Source of the DNA: Holosporales bacterium
GTDB taxonomy: Bacteria; Pseudomonadota; Alphaproteobacteria; JAJTHO01
Assembly: GCA_046318675.1 (NCBI GenBank)
Contig: JBKCUA010000014.1
Span: forward strand, 26,466-90,465
Length of the DNA stretch: 64,000 nucleotides
Reading direction: 5' to 3'
Part shown: one piece after another, positions 63,066 through 64,000 of the stretch
Position numbering within the stretch: position 1 is the first letter of the stretch
How the letters are laid out: each line of letters opens with the position of its first letter
Position numbers and translations under genes: made by a program
The notes under the pieces: generated by a model
Databases searched by the model: none
What the model saw: the letters and a program-made list of their open reading frames with translations, nothing else
What the model was told of the DNA's origin: nothing

Positions 63066-64000
63066 AGCCGATGGTACGCTTCCAGCACCGCCGCCTTTGT
63101 ATAATATTGCACATAACGCCGACGCCCTTGATGGGCGAGATGTTCGCCTAGGCTTTTATCTTCACGCACCCGTTTGATTGCTGCGGCAAGGGCTGGGGCG
63201 TCATCAATAGGAACAAAAAGCCCTGTTTCTCCTTCTGTGACGTACTGAAGCGGGCCGGCGGCCATGCTGACAATAAGAGGCTTTGTTGCTGCCCACGCCT
63301 CAAACAACACCCGCCCCACTGGCTCATATCGGGAAGGAAATACAACAGCATCAGCCGCTTGCAGCAATGCCCCCCGATCAGTGCGCCATCCTAAAAACCT
63401 CACTCTATCCTCAAGATTTAACCGCTGACACAAGGATCGCAACGCGGTCTCCTCATCCCCCGTTCCGGCCAACCATAAATACACCCCTGGCACTAAAGCC
63501 AAGGCCTCCAACAACACATCCGCCGCCTTGCTCTTGTGCAATCGCCCCAAAAATAACAGCACAAAAGCGTCCTTTGGGGTATCCAGCGTTGCCCGATCGA
63601 CAGCAGGCACATTTTGGCAAAAATCAACAAAATGGGGAATCACCGTAATTTTTGCCCGAGGTACTTTGTGCGTCTCCAAATGCCGGCCAATATCCGGGGC
63701 GGCGGCAATAAAAGCATCCGCGCCCTTAAAAGCCGTGACTTTATAATAGCCGCCAAGGCGGGCGATAGTTTTGTAGTGACTGGATCGCGGCGTTTTTTCC
63801 GCTGCCCGTCGCATCCACGTTTGCACTATCCTTGGTTGCCACCTCCGAAACAGCCAGCGCAGGTACAGCGGTGTCCAGAGATCAAACACCCCACCAAAAG
63901 GCGCAGTAGCGTAAGTGATCCCTGCTTCCTTCAAAAGACGCTGGCGTTCTGCGTGAGGGCGCAAGACGACGCGCACAGGCCAGCCGGCCTCGTGCTGAGC
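63014..64000 (-). CDS. Glycosyltransferase family 4, 5'-truncated by the window edge
   Basis: FLGRLHKSK, RFLGWR, FPSRYEPVG...EAW. The frame stays open to base 64000. Confidence 0.92.
   Translation of the reverse strand, partial: AQHEAGWPVRVVLRPHAERQRLLKEAGITYATAPFGGVFDLWTPLYLRWLFRRWQPRIVQTWMRRAAEKTPRSSHYKTIARLGGYYKVTAFKGADAFIAAAPDIGRHLETHKVPRAKITVIPHFVDFCQNVPAVDRATLDTPKDAFVLLFLGRLHKSKAADVLLEALALVPGVYLWLAGTGDEETALRSLCQRLNLEDRVRFLGWRTDRGALLQAADAVVFPSRYEPVGRVLFEAWAATKPLIVSMAAGPLQYVTEGETGLFVPIDDAPALAAAIKRVREDKSLGEHLAHQGRRRYVQYYTKAAVLEAYHRLYAEISLRHTNASPPSR

Overview
This window comes from an alphaproteobacterial chromosome. It carries pleD, CtrA-type boxes, a Rickettsiales-like orphan VirB4, an RPE-like palindromic repeat, flagellar rod genes, and purine and proline biosynthesis genes. 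Most of it is housekeeping genes from strongly fragmented operons: lipB, cspA, hlyB/hlyD-type T1SS, thyX, ffh, purCS, zapE, flgBC-fliE, hscA, glnD, tmk, mgtE, proBA, sucC, gltD, mutS, gyrB, prfA, ccmA, ccmBCDE, nrdR, plus tRNA-Leu(GAG). The non-routine signals are: (1) three families of MITE-like repeats nested inside each other, with a 2-bp TA duplication that can be shown from filled versus empty copies in this window; (2) two unlinked Ser/Thr/Gly-rich orphan proteins that share a ~40-aa C-terminal motif and a CRP-like upstream palindrome, candidates for a co-regulated secreted protein family; (3) a MarR-SET-ATP-grasp-GNAT cluster; (4) a FliW-type CsrA divergent from flgB, unusual for Alphaproteobacteria; (5) a gene frameshifted in a C15 tract; (6) a HEPN two-gene module behind the tRNA; (7) a suhB/MmgR-like sRNA candidate. 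No CRISPR array, rRNA, transposase or integrase was seen. All family calls rest on motifs recognised by eye, with no database search.
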